Assembly: GCA_945861715.1 (NCBI GenBank)
Contig: CAMAVK010000003.1
Span: forward strand, 3,344 to 67,343
Origin: Candidatus Woesearchaeota archaeon
Lineage (GTDB): Archaea; Nanobdellota; Nanobdellia; Woesearchaeales; GW2011-AR9
DNA length: 64,000 nt
Direction: 5' to 3'
The notes under the pieces were generated by a model, which was not told the DNA's origin, ran no database searches, and saw only the letters and a list, made by a program, of their open reading frames with translations. Both the position numbers and the translations under genes were made by a program. Below are positions 1 to 8,628 of the stretch, piece after piece. Each line of letters begins with the position of its first letter. The first letter of the stretch is position 1.

Positions 1-135
1 ATTATGAAAAAAGAGAGTCGACAACAAGACCCCAAATAGAATTCTTGTAAAGAACTTTACAAACTAGAGCTGAATAAAATCACAAAAAAAAGAAACACCT
101 ATACTCTTCTTCCCCAAATCCGGATCAGAAACATT

Positions 136-498
136 CTACTTCGATCCATACCCAGCTTGCTTCATCACACTCTCATACACCATCGTGAGTGCTGCATACT
201 CTTTGGAACCTTTCATATCAAATTCTTTACCCGAATTCTGCAAACCATCCATCTGTCTTCCTAGTTGTTGCGCAACACCAGCATAAAATGGCTTTGCCAT
301 GTCTTGTGGCATTGTTTGCAACAGTGCATAGGCACCAAGGGGGCTAGTTTCAAGCAACCTGTTATACAGACCTGCTAATTCAGTAAGCGCTCCTAATTTT
401 CCTTTACCTTCAGGCGATTTCAAACCAAAGTGGTCTGTAATCCCAAGTAATCCTTCTAAACCTTTGAAGGTTTTATTTTTTTCATTTGTGTCTTTCAT
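136..498 (-). CDS. hypothetical protein (120 aa)
   Basis: Intact ORF with no recognisable motif; Ala/Leu/Gly-rich, predicted helical. Confidence 0.35.
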   Translation of the reverse strand: MKDTNEKNKTFKGLEGLLGITDHFGLKSPEGKGKLGALTELAGLYNRLLETSPLGAYALLQTMPQDMAKPFYAGVAQQLGRQMDGLQNSGKEFDMKGSKEYAALTMVYESVMKQAGYGSK

Positions 499-639
499 TT
501 TTCATCACAAACCTGAAATATACTTCCGCCTTTAAATATACTTCCGCCTTTATTAATAACATGAATAAAGTGAGACAATTAAGTCCTATCATCCTCACTT
601 TCATACTCACCAATTTTTCTCCCCTCAAACACCAAAACC

Positions 640-649
640 TTTATAAATA
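640..649 (+). promoter_or_regulatory. TATA box (TTTATAAATA) for leaderless S17e transcript
   Basis: Archaeal-type TATA sequence ending 22 nt upstream of the ATG at 671, the spacing expected for a leaderless mRNA. Confidence 0.5.
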
Positions 650-670
650 AAGCACTGCCCCAAAACAACT

Positions 671-856
671 ATGGGACGAATTAAGACGACTTACATCAAA
701 CGAAAAACCCGAGAAATTCTCAAACTTCACGGTGAAAAGTTTACCACAGACTTTACCTTTAACAAGTTACGTGTAAACGAAAACACGAGTATTTACAGTA
801 AGAAAATCCGTAATACTATTGCAGGGTACATCTCACGTTTAAAGAAGAGAGAATAA
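671..856 (+). CDS. rps17e: 30S ribosomal protein S17e
   Basis: 61 aa. MGRIKTTYIKRKTREILKLHGEKFTTDFTFNK...RNTIAGYISRL matches the conserved S17e N-terminal pattern (MGxIRxxxIKRxAxEL...FTxDFxxNK...RNxIAGYxTRL). Confidence 0.75.
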   Translation: MGRIKTTYIKRKTREILKLHGEKFTTDFTFNKLRVNENTSIYSKKIRNTIAGYISRLKKRE

Positions 857-968
857 ACATTCTACCTTTTTGTTTTTTTCAGAAATTTTTTATCATCTAT
901 TTTTTTGCAGACCTCTAACCAAGAGAAACCATTATATACCTTCCACCCCACCTATATCTCGGTGACAG

Positions 969-2603
969 ATGGATATTTCTCAAGATATTAAAGACTTAGC
1001 ACGTCTCAAGCAAATTATTTCCGTTCTCACAAAATCGGGATTTGCTTCTCAACTTGCTTCAACCCAACTCAAAACACACCTTCCGTTATTATCCCGTTTT
1101 GCTCCCACCCCATTAACCCCCAAAGATCAAGCAAAAAATCTCAAAACTGCATTTATTGAACTTGGTCCCACATTTGTAAAACTAGGCCAACTTCTAAGCG
1201 TCCGACCAGATCTAGTTCCCGAAGAATACTGTGAAGAATTCAAAAGTTTACAAGACAACGTTCCGCCGTTTCCCTTTGAACAAGTGCAACAAATTATAGA
1301 AGCCGAGCTTAAATCCCCCCTATCAAAAATATTCAAATCGTTCACTAAAGTTCCACTTGCATCAGCTTCAATTGCCCAAGTGCATCGTGCAGTTTTAAGA
1401 GATGGAACGCTAGTTGCCGTAAAAGTTCAAAGACCAAACATCGAAGGAATAATTAACACCGACTTGGACATCCTTCTTACTATTGCGCATCAATTAGAAT
1501 CTCATATCGAAAAAATAAAACCATACCGACCAGTTGAAATTGCCAAAGAATTTGCTCTGTGGACGAGACGAGAACTCAACTTTACCCGAGAAGCCGCAAG
1601 TGCAATTCACTTGCAAAATATCTTAAAAGATGTACCAAAAGTACGTACCCCAAAAATGTATCTTGAATACACAACTAAACGTGTTCTTACCATGGAATAC
1701 ATCGACGGAAAACGTCTTGATGACCAATCCAATTTCAAAACACATTCACGCCATGATATCATCATGCGGTATTTCACATCAATACTCACACAAGCCTTAG
1801 GTGGCGGTTTCTTCCATGCTGATCCGCATCCTGCCAACATTTTCATCGACAAAAGAGGCAATCTCATTTTCCTTGACTTTGGCATCATGGGGGAATTGAA
1901 CGAAGAAGACAGAATCAAAATAATCTCCTTCATCACCTCCATTAACGGAGCAAATACAAATCATAGTATCAATATCATCATTTCTTTAGCTCGCAACACA
2001 ACACATGCTGACCTTGAACAATTCAAAGATGAATCGCTTCCTTTGCTTCGCGACGCCTATGTACATACTATCGCTGAAAACAGTGCGGGAAAAATTCTGT
2101 ATCAGATTCTCAAGTTAGGCGCACAACATGGATTAATCTTCGACCCAAATCATATTCTCATGGCCAAAGCCATGTATCAAACCGAAGGCATCGCAATCAA
2201 ATTGGACCCTAGTTTCAAAATCGCGAGTGGCCTTTCTACATTTGCAGATACCTACCTTAAAAAAATGTATTCGCCTCGAAAAATCCTTGAGCGAGCCACC
2301 AAAAAGCTAACGGATAATCGAGAACTTCTCCTTGAATTACCAGACCATATTATAAAAATAATGAACCGACTCGAACATCAAAATGATAACCAAATCACCC
2401 GGCAAGAGCTCTTAGAACACGACGACAAATTGTATCATAACCTTAAACAATCCATGATGATTGCTCTCATACTCATTCTTGGTTTTGCCGCATCCATAAT
2501 GATTTATCTCGGTGGCACAACACAAATTCTCAGCATTCCCCTCACCTATCTTTTCCTTGCAATTGCTTTAATCATCCTCATCTGGTATACGGTTAGAAAT
2601 TAA
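969..2603 (+). CDS. ubiB: UbiB/ABC1/ADCK-family atypical protein kinase with C-terminal transmembrane helices
   Basis: 544 aa. ABC1 signature region (IAQVHRAVLRDGTLVAVKVQRPNIE, FHADPHPANIF, LDFG) plus a hydrophobic C-terminal tail, as in UbiB/AarF. Confidence 0.8.
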   Translation: MDISQDIKDLARLKQIISVLTKSGFASQLASTQLKTHLPLLSRFAPTPLTPKDQAKNLKTAFIELGPTFVKLGQLLSVRPDLVPEEYCEEFKSLQDNVPPFPFEQVQQIIEAELKSPLSKIFKSFTKVPLASASIAQVHRAVLRDGTLVAVKVQRPNIEGIINTDLDILLTIAHQLESHIEKIKPYRPVEIAKEFALWTRRELNFTREAASAIHLQNILKDVPKVRTPKMYLEYTTKRVLTMEYIDGKRLDDQSNFKTHSRHDIIMRYFTSILTQALGGGFFHADPHPANIFIDKRGNLIFLDFGIMGELNEEDRIKIISFITSINGANTNHSINIIISLARNTTHADLEQFKDESLPLLRDAYVHTIAENSAGKILYQILKLGAQHGLIFDPNHILMAKAMYQTEGIAIKLDPSFKIASGLSTFADTYLKKMYSPRKILERATKKLTDNRELLLELPDHIIKIMNRLEHQNDNQITRQELLEHDDKLYHNLKQSMMIALILILGFAASIMIYLGGTTQILSIPLTYLFLAIALIILIWYTVRN

Positions 2604-2691
2604 CCGCACACCATAATCATAACCAATTGATAAAACACATTAACCCCAAAAAATAAACTAACCAAAGTAACTAAACACCCGAGGCATAAAC

Positions 2692-3072
2692 ATGACAAAG
2701 AAACCACTTCATCAAGACAACCTAAAAGACCGAGCAAAAATTGCACTCAAAATTGGCTACGGCCTGAGCATCCTATCACTTGACAAAGCTCATCAGATAG
2801 CAAAACATGTCAAGACTCAACTTGATTTAGACGACAAAGAATCAACCAGACTCGCTAAAGAAATCGTTAAAAAATCAAAAAAAGCAAGTGACGACGTATT
2901 AGGAAAAGTAAGTGAACATGTTGAAAAAGCAATTTTGGACAGCGGACTTGCAACTAAACGTGAACTCAAGTACGCAACCAAAACATTACGTAATCGAATC
3001 AAAGAAAAATTAACCGGCAAAAAGGAAACGCGGTGGGAAAAGATCAAGAAAAAAGTCCTGAGAAAAAAGTAA
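2692..3072 (+). CDS. hypothetical lysine-rich coiled-coil protein
   Basis: 126 aa, K/E-rich, no motif recognised. Confidence 0.35.
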   Translation: MTKKPLHQDNLKDRAKIALKIGYGLSILSLDKAHQIAKHVKTQLDLDDKESTRLAKEIVKKSKKASDDVLGKVSEHVEKAILDSGLATKRELKYATKTLRNRIKEKLTGKKETRWEKIKKKVLRKK

Positions 3073-3160
3073 TTTTTTACCTCTTTTATACATGCATCTC
3101 TCAGTGTTATCACTAACAAGAGACAATACCTTTAAAAATAGTCCTTTTAATTAGTTCAAT

Positions 3161-3508
3161 ATGGACTCACAAGGTAAAAATCTCGAACAAAAATTAGGTT
3201 TGAACTCACGAGGTTCTACTTCGCAAGGTTCCATTTCATCAATAGATCAAGACCATGATCCCCCAAGATTATCTTATCTCGAACATCTACTCCCAGGATC
3301 ATTATTTTGCGGCACTCTTGGTGAAGATATTCCTTTCACCACAAAAGCAGCGTGTTATGTTGCAGAAATAGGCATGTGTGCAATCCCAAATCTGGGTTTC
3401 TATAATAATAGTGTCACCGTCCCACTTCTAGTATATTGTGGACTGCGTGCCGCATATGTAACCGCAATGAATCATCTCTATGCAGACGATAAAAATGGAG
3501 CTGAATAA
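3161..3508 (+). CDS. hypothetical protein
   Basis: 115 aa ORF ending 4 nt before the SprT-like gene, probably co-transcribed with it. Confidence 0.3.
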   Translation: MDSQGKNLEQKLGLNSRGSTSQGSISSIDQDHDPPRLSYLEHLLPGSLFCGTLGEDIPFTTKAACYVAEIGMCAIPNLGFYNNSVTVPLLVYCGLRAAYVTAMNHLYADDKNGAE

Positions 3509-3511
3509 ACA

Positions 3512-4300
3512 ATGAACTCATTCCTCAACAAAGCAATTCCTTGTACAGTAATTGGAGTAGTCAGCTATCTTGGATATGAAATTGGTGATTTCATCCATCT
3601 TCGAACCGGTCATTCTGAACAAGTCGAAAGTCGTATCACTCAAAACAAATCAAGATACATTCAAGAACAAAAAGCAATTGGAATGGGCCAAGACAATTAT
3701 TTCAAATTTAATTTCGATGTTCCTCTTCTGCAACCAAATATTCCTGAAGACGCCGTTGCACTATATCCTGGAAGCGGTAACACTATTTATGTTCGAAGTC
3801 TCCTGCTTGAATCAAAAGCAGAGGATCGAAACCCCTATCCAAACACAACTTTCGAACAAACAATAGATGCCACCGCTCATCACGAAATGATTCATTATTA
3901 TATGGCACAAACCTGTGGTTGTGGTGGTATTACTTTAAATGGCGCTGAAGGCTCACCTGAACGACTTTCACAGAAACTTATCGCTGAAGGTGTAGCAGAG
4001 TACCTATCGCTGAAGCTCACCCACATCAAAAACCCACTAACAGAAAATGATATCCCTGTTGCTGATTTGAGTAATCTTTCTTCACAGTTAGAACAAATTT
4101 CCTCCAAACTGTACCCACTTGGTGCAGTAGTTGTTCAACCTCTCTTAGACCAATTCGGCCCAGACTCCATGTGTCACCTCTATGATCATCCCCCTACTAC
4201 GTTGGAACTTCTAGACCTCAGAGTGTATCAAGATCGCATGACAACTGAAATAAAAAGCAAACCAGCAAAACTCTCACACCCAATCGACTCCCCACAATAG
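3512..4300 (+). CDS. SprT/Spartan-like zinc metallopeptidase (HExxH)
   Basis: 262 aa. TAHHEMIHYYMAQTCGCGG contains HEMIH, identical to the SPRTN/SprT zincin core (HEMIHAY). Confidence 0.55.
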   Translation: MNSFLNKAIPCTVIGVVSYLGYEIGDFIHLRTGHSEQVESRITQNKSRYIQEQKAIGMGQDNYFKFNFDVPLLQPNIPEDAVALYPGSGNTIYVRSLLLESKAEDRNPYPNTTFEQTIDATAHHEMIHYYMAQTCGCGGITLNGAEGSPERLSQKLIAEGVAEYLSLKLTHIKNPLTENDIPVADLSNLSSQLEQISSKLYPLGAVVVQPLLDQFGPDSMCHLYDHPPTTLELLDLRVYQDRMTTEIKSKPAKLSHPIDSPQ

Positions 4301-4350
4301 TTTTTAACCAACAACAATCTTTATTAATCGCCATCCCCATCTTCAGATTC

Positions 4351-4767
4351 ATGGCACAAATTGATATTAATCCTTGGGCAGTACTTGTAGCTGCAGTAGT
4401 AAACATGGCACTGGGCGCACTTTGGTACGCACCGTTTTTATTTGGAAAAATCTGGATGACATCTCTGCAACGTCGAGACAAAGAAGTAGAAAAACTCAAA
4501 CAAAATTCAAATTACTTCCACCTCTTCACACTTTTGGGTGCACTTGTCTCCAGTTTTGTACTCGCACATTTTGTTGATTACGTTGGAGCAACAACATTCT
4601 GGGCTGGCATGCAAGTAGGTCTCTGGTGCTGGCTAGGATTCGTAGTCGCAACAGCTATCTCATCCACGCTCTACGAAGGACGATCTAAAAAATTATATTT
4701 CTTAAACATCGGATACTACTTCGTTGCGTTCTTAGTAATGGGTGGAATCTTAGCTGTATGGGTGTAG
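4351..4767 (+). CDS. small integral membrane protein (DUF1761-like)
   Basis: 138 aa with 4 predicted TM helices; N-terminus INPWAVLVAAVVNMALGALWYAP. Confidence 0.4.
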   Translation: MAQIDINPWAVLVAAVVNMALGALWYAPFLFGKIWMTSLQRRDKEVEKLKQNSNYFHLFTLLGALVSSFVLAHFVDYVGATTFWAGMQVGLWCWLGFVVATAISSTLYEGRSKKLYFLNIGYYFVAFLVMGGILAVWV

Positions 4768-4826
4768 AGTAATAACCACATAACTTATTTCTTCTCTTTC
4801 TTTTTAATTTTTCATAATAACTTTTT

Positions 4827-5621
4827 TTAATCTGTATAAGAAAAGAAATTATTCTCTCGTTTCACCACAACATCCGCATGCGAATCAATAAGAGACTCCA
4901 GCGGAGTGCCTTTATCCAACAAAAAGATATTCGTCTGACATCGCACCTTCCCAGGATCATATGCAGCCCATGCCCAAGGAATTCCAATATAAGAATAGCC
5001 AAGTGACGTAACGAGCGACGCAAGATTTTTCGCTCCCGCATCTCCAAACACCTTCTTTCCAAGAATCAAACAATTCAACGGATGACATACACCAACATCC
5101 CCACTAAATTCGATGAGTTCAACTCCTGCCTTACGTGCAACCAATTTCGTTTTATCCTTGGACCGATCAAGTTGATACGGCCCATGTGTATCAACAATCA
5201 AATGTTCCCCAATAGCCATAGTATACAAATCAATATGGGGATGAAATTGGCAAGCACCATTTCGGCGAAATGTCGGCAAAACATGCGCAGTATAACCAGA
5301 CTCCATTGAAGCCATCCTCTCAATTCGTTCCCAAAATCGAGGCAATGATTCCTTTCTTCCCCTCACATCAACACAATCTGAAATAAACATATTCGCGCCT
5401 GACATCACACTCATCCCACCCTCACCGCTACGAGCATCCACACAGCGCAAATACTCCCCATGAGCAGACATAATGTAATGATCGCGAATCCATCGCTGCG
5501 TAGGAACCGTTATAACGGGGATACCTTGGCGTTGTAAAACCGTCGCAATCGCTTTGTAATTTCTTCCATTACCATAACTCACAACAACCGCAAAATTATC
5601 TTCAGCGCTCAAGACGTTCAC
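4827..5621 (-). CDS. hypothetical protein (264 aa), co-oriented with and overlapping the Sua5/YrdC gene
   Basis: Overlaps the upstream YrdC-domain gene by 20 nt; no secure family assignment. Confidence 0.3.
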   Translation of the reverse strand: MNVLSAEDNFAVVVSYGNGRNYKAIATVLQRQGIPVITVPTQRWIRDHYIMSAHGEYLRCVDARSGEGGMSVMSGANMFISDCVDVRGRKESLPRFWERIERMASMESGYTAHVLPTFRRNGACQFHPHIDLYTMAIGEHLIVDTHGPYQLDRSKDKTKLVARKAGVELIEFSGDVGVCHPLNCLILGKKVFGDAGAKNLASLVTSLGYSYIGIPWAWAAYDPGKVRCQTNIFLLDKGTPLESLIDSHADVVVKRENNFFSYTD

Positions 5622-6231
5622 CTGTAAGTATATTCACAATAGTAGATGGTCGACCAGACTTCATACCTTCATCAATAATAAAATCAACACTCTCCAAAAT
5701 CGAAGCAGGAATTTCAGAAATAGCACATGCAAATGGTTGCCCTGATACATTCACCGACGTTGTCACCAGCGGAAATCCAAGTTCAGCCACAACAGACGAA
5801 AACCAATGATCTGGAATGCGCAACCCCACTACCTCCAAACCACAAAGAACCTCTGCAGAAAATGCGACGTTCCCTACTTTTTCCCGCAGCGGAACAAGTA
5901 ATGTATATGGGCCAGGTAACACCATCAAACTATCCACTTCCACAGAGCAATATTTCAAAATCCACAGTTTTGATGGGGCCCATACCGAAAGCGGCTTCAC
6001 ATCTCTTTGTTTCATGTCCCTAATTCGCGCAACCGCAGTAGAATTTCGAGCATCACATGATAACCCATAAATCGTATCCGTCGGACAAATAAACACTGCC
6101 CCTGCTCGAATCATCTCCAAATATTTCTCCTTATGAAGTTCAAACTGACTATGAGAAATAATCTTCTGTTCCATTTTAGAGCGCGATGCCTCATCCATAT
6201 TGATTAAAAAATGGAGCGGCATTAAAAACAT
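5602..6231 (-). CDS. tsaC: L-threonylcarbamoyladenylate synthase (YrdC/Sua5/TsaC domain)
   Basis: FICPTDTIYGLSCDARNSTAVARIRDMKQRDVKPLSVW matches the YrdC core (PTDTVYGL.CDA.N..AV.RI...K.R). Confidence 0.75.
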   Translation of the reverse strand: MFLMPLHFLINMDEASRSKMEQKIISHSQFELHKEKYLEMIRAGAVFICPTDTIYGLSCDARNSTAVARIRDMKQRDVKPLSVWAPSKLWILKYCSVEVDSLMVLPGPYTLLVPLREKVGNVAFSAEVLCGLEVVGLRIPDHWFSSVVAELGFPLVTTSVNVSGQPFACAISEIPASILESVDFIIDEGMKSGRPSTIVNILTGERLER

Positions 6232-6309
6232 ACCGCCCCAAAAGGGATGGGGTAAATAGAATCATAAATATATCAGTAACAATCACAAAATCAAAAATAA
6301 ATCAAGAAC

Positions 6310-6555
6310 TCAAGCAACTCCATATTCATCTAAATACGTCTGTGCAGTATGATCACGTTCATACTTCTCTTGTAAATGTAAAATACGATCATGTACTGTT
6401 TCCTTTTGCTCAAAAATAATTCCTTGTTTCACCGGAAAATGAACCCTATACATGTTTGTTGTATCAACAACCTTATTTTGTCCAAATCTTGTAACGTTTG
6501 CCATCATTTCACCTATTTTTTCATTTCTTATTTTCTTCTCAACACTCCTAATCAA
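6310..6555 (-). CDS. hypothetical small protein (81 aa)
   Basis: ORF only; no motif recognised. Confidence 0.3.
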   Translation of the reverse strand: MIRSVEKKIRNEKIGEMMANVTRFGQNKVVDTTNMYRVHFPVKQGIIFEQKETVHDRILHLQEKYERDHTAQTYLDEYGVA

Positions 6556-6848
6556 ACCAAAAATGTAACCTTATAACTTGAATCAAATCCATGCTTCACT
6601 ATATTGAAAGTCAATCAAATCTTCTCGTTGCATAACCGTGCGCCGAGTCAAATCCTCAACCTGTCTTTGAAATAAATGTGAAATAGTAGATTCTCGTAAG
6701 TCCACCTTGCGTCCATCAATAGCCATTCTTGTTGTCATCATATCGCATCCCCCCTTTTTTCATTCATCAATTCAACATCATTATTCAGGCACTCACACAC
6801 ATGTGCTCGATAACATCTTTGTATGCGAAGTCCTTTAAATACCCTAGG

Positions 6849-6876
6849 CGCACTTGTCCAGTGCGGGAGTGGCTCT
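6849..6876 (+). repeat. 28-nt element CGCACTTGTCCAGTGCGGGAGTGGCTCT, copy A; TATA box TTTAAATA at 6834-6841
   Basis: Identical 28-mer recurs at 12259-12286, with a degenerate copy at 39545-39573. Contains a 5-bp hairpin GCACT/AGTGC. A TATA box lies 7 nt upstream. Confidence 0.7.
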
Positions 6877-6957
6877 CTGAGCCTAATGTCCTAACCAGGC
6901 ACACCAGAAAAAACTCTAAACAAACTATTCTAATATCAAAATTAATTTTTCTAATAA

Positions 6958-7596
6958 TTATTCAGTATCAAGAGGTAGAAGAATTTCTTTCCCATTATTT
7001 TTAACCGAATTCACCGCATCCGACACTTCAAATAATCTCATGCTCTCAGATGCAAACGGCGTAAGCATAGCAAGCGGCTCTTTAGTCGTGAGCCATTCCT
7101 GTTCTTTCTCCATAGGGAGAATCACAGGCATGCGTTCATGAACCTCCTTCATCACAGAATTAGCACTGCAGGTGATAATAGAAAAAGTCGTAATACCTTG
7201 CCAAGTGCTATAAATCCCCGCAAACGCAAAAAGTTCACCATTCTGCAATTCAATTCGAAATGGTTGTTTACCCATCGCCATTTTTTTCCATTCATAGAAC
7301 CCATCTGCGATCACTAAACAGCGATGCAGCACAACTGCTTTCTTAAACGTCGGCTTCTCATCAATCGTCTCGGCTCTGGCATTAATCATCGTATAACCCA
7401 TCTTCGCATCCTCTGCCCAAGACGGAATAAATCCAAAGCGTGCCATCACAATCTCAGTTGGATTTTCGTTTGTAATAATAGGAACCATTTGAGAGGGAGC
7501 AACATTGTAGTTTGGTTTCCACACAGCGTTCATCGTAGCATGGAACCGTTCTTCAATTTGTTCTTTGGATGGTATTACACTAAATCTCCCGCACAT
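6958..7596 (-). CDS. SOS-response-associated peptidase (SRAP; YedK/HMCES-like abasic-site processing protein)
   Basis: 212 aa starting MCGRF (Cys2 nucleophile), with NVAPS, INARAETI and ADGFYEWKK motifs as in YedK/HMCES. Confidence 0.85.
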   Translation of the reverse strand: MCGRFSVIPSKEQIEERFHATMNAVWKPNYNVAPSQMVPIITNENPTEIVMARFGFIPSWAEDAKMGYTMINARAETIDEKPTFKKAVVLHRCLVIADGFYEWKKMAMGKQPFRIELQNGELFAFAGIYSTWQGITTFSIITCSANSVMKEVHERMPVILPMEKEQEWLTTKEPLAMLTPFASESMRLFEVSDAVNSVKNNGKEILLPLDTE

Positions 7597-7936
7597 GAAT
7601 AAACCCTAAGAAAGACAACATAAAAAGCTTCTGCCTTATTGATGAATATTGCAGAAATTCAAGAACATTTTATATAGTTCTTCATTTATCAATAGGTTAT
7701 GAAACAAAACGTTGTAGCAATCCGGTACTTTTCTTCTACTACTACAACTACTACTTCTTACTAAAGATTTTCTCTTACGCGCGGAATCATGCGGATGAGT
7801 TCTCTGGTTTGGTAAACCGCCTGAACCATCCAAATTCCTGCACGGACAGAGAATTAGAATTGATTCAAATTTGTGGCGTATAGCCAGCAAATACATCGCA
7901 TACCTAGTCGACAGACTCTAAACTGTGGAATAGAAC

Positions 7937-8596
7937 ATGAAAAATGAACAAAAAGTATCTAAAATATTGGAGGGAAGAGTACAAAATCTCGAAATTGATT
8001 TCTCATCAAAAGAGGCCCTCGCGAAATTTAATTTTCTGTCAGAATTAGCGGTACGTCCCTCATTGGTACTTGATTATGTTGCTTGTCCCGGTGATGGTTC
8101 AGCATATAGTCGTTTTTTTGGTCAATTGATTGATCTTTTTGGCAATCCACGTGACGAATTTATTGAACGTGTAAAAGGAGATTATATAGAGAGATTTAGT
8201 AAATCTAAACTGGATGGTAATTCTCTTTGGAACTTCAATCCTCGGGGAGCATTTCTGGATCAATGTCTGCGCGGTTCGGATGAATATGTGCGTGATGAGT
8301 TTATTGGAAAAATCGTTCGAGCAGGTCATCGACTCTACGAACAGTACGGTGGGATGGGCTGGAATAGGAATGAGGGAGGCCCGCGACGAGAGGTCTTGCA
8401 GGATAAAATTGTGTGGGGAGTACAAGATGTGGTACTACGCGAGTTTTATGATCTACCAAAAGGATATGGATTTGATTCAGGCTCACTTCACTATTGTCAA
8501 TTTGAACTAGAAGGTTTGTCTGACCGGAGACCATTACATCCACAAGATTTGAATGTAGTCGAAAGAAAACAGGGACCGGTTTTTCCCAATCTTTAA
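7937..8596 (+). CDS. hypothetical protein (219 aa)
   Basis: ORF convergent with PolB; no motif recognised. Confidence 0.35.
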   Translation: MKNEQKVSKILEGRVQNLEIDFSSKEALAKFNFLSELAVRPSLVLDYVACPGDGSAYSRFFGQLIDLFGNPRDEFIERVKGDYIERFSKSKLDGNSLWNFNPRGAFLDQCLRGSDEYVRDEFIGKIVRAGHRLYEQYGGMGWNRNEGGPRREVLQDKIVWGVQDVVLREFYDLPKGYGFDSGSLHYCQFELEGLSDRRPLHPQDLNVVERKQGPVFPNL

Positions 8597-8628
8597 TTAC
8601 CTAAGATTTTTCTTTTTTCTTTTTACAT

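Noticed and set aside
1127-1942. Short minus-strand ORFs (1127..1345, 1607..1942) inside the UbiB gene, and similar nested ORFs inside PolB, the subtilases, PutA, Elp3 and others
   Set aside because: They are embedded antisense or out-of-frame within long, motif-supported genes and have no features of their own.
3570-3866. Alternative-frame ORFs overlapping the SprT-like and DUF1761-like genes (3570..3866, 4374..4577)
   Set aside because: They overlap, in the same orientation, genes with better support. They are low-complexity translations with no motifs.
6849-6876. The 28-nt element as Orc1/Cdc6 origin-recognition boxes (it contains TCCAGTG plus a G-rich tail reminiscent of the ORB consensus)
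   Set aside because: The copies are dispersed over 33 kb in the same orientation. They do not flank an AT-rich unwinding element in inverted orientation, and there is no orc1/cdc6 gene nearby. The resemblance to ORB is partial.
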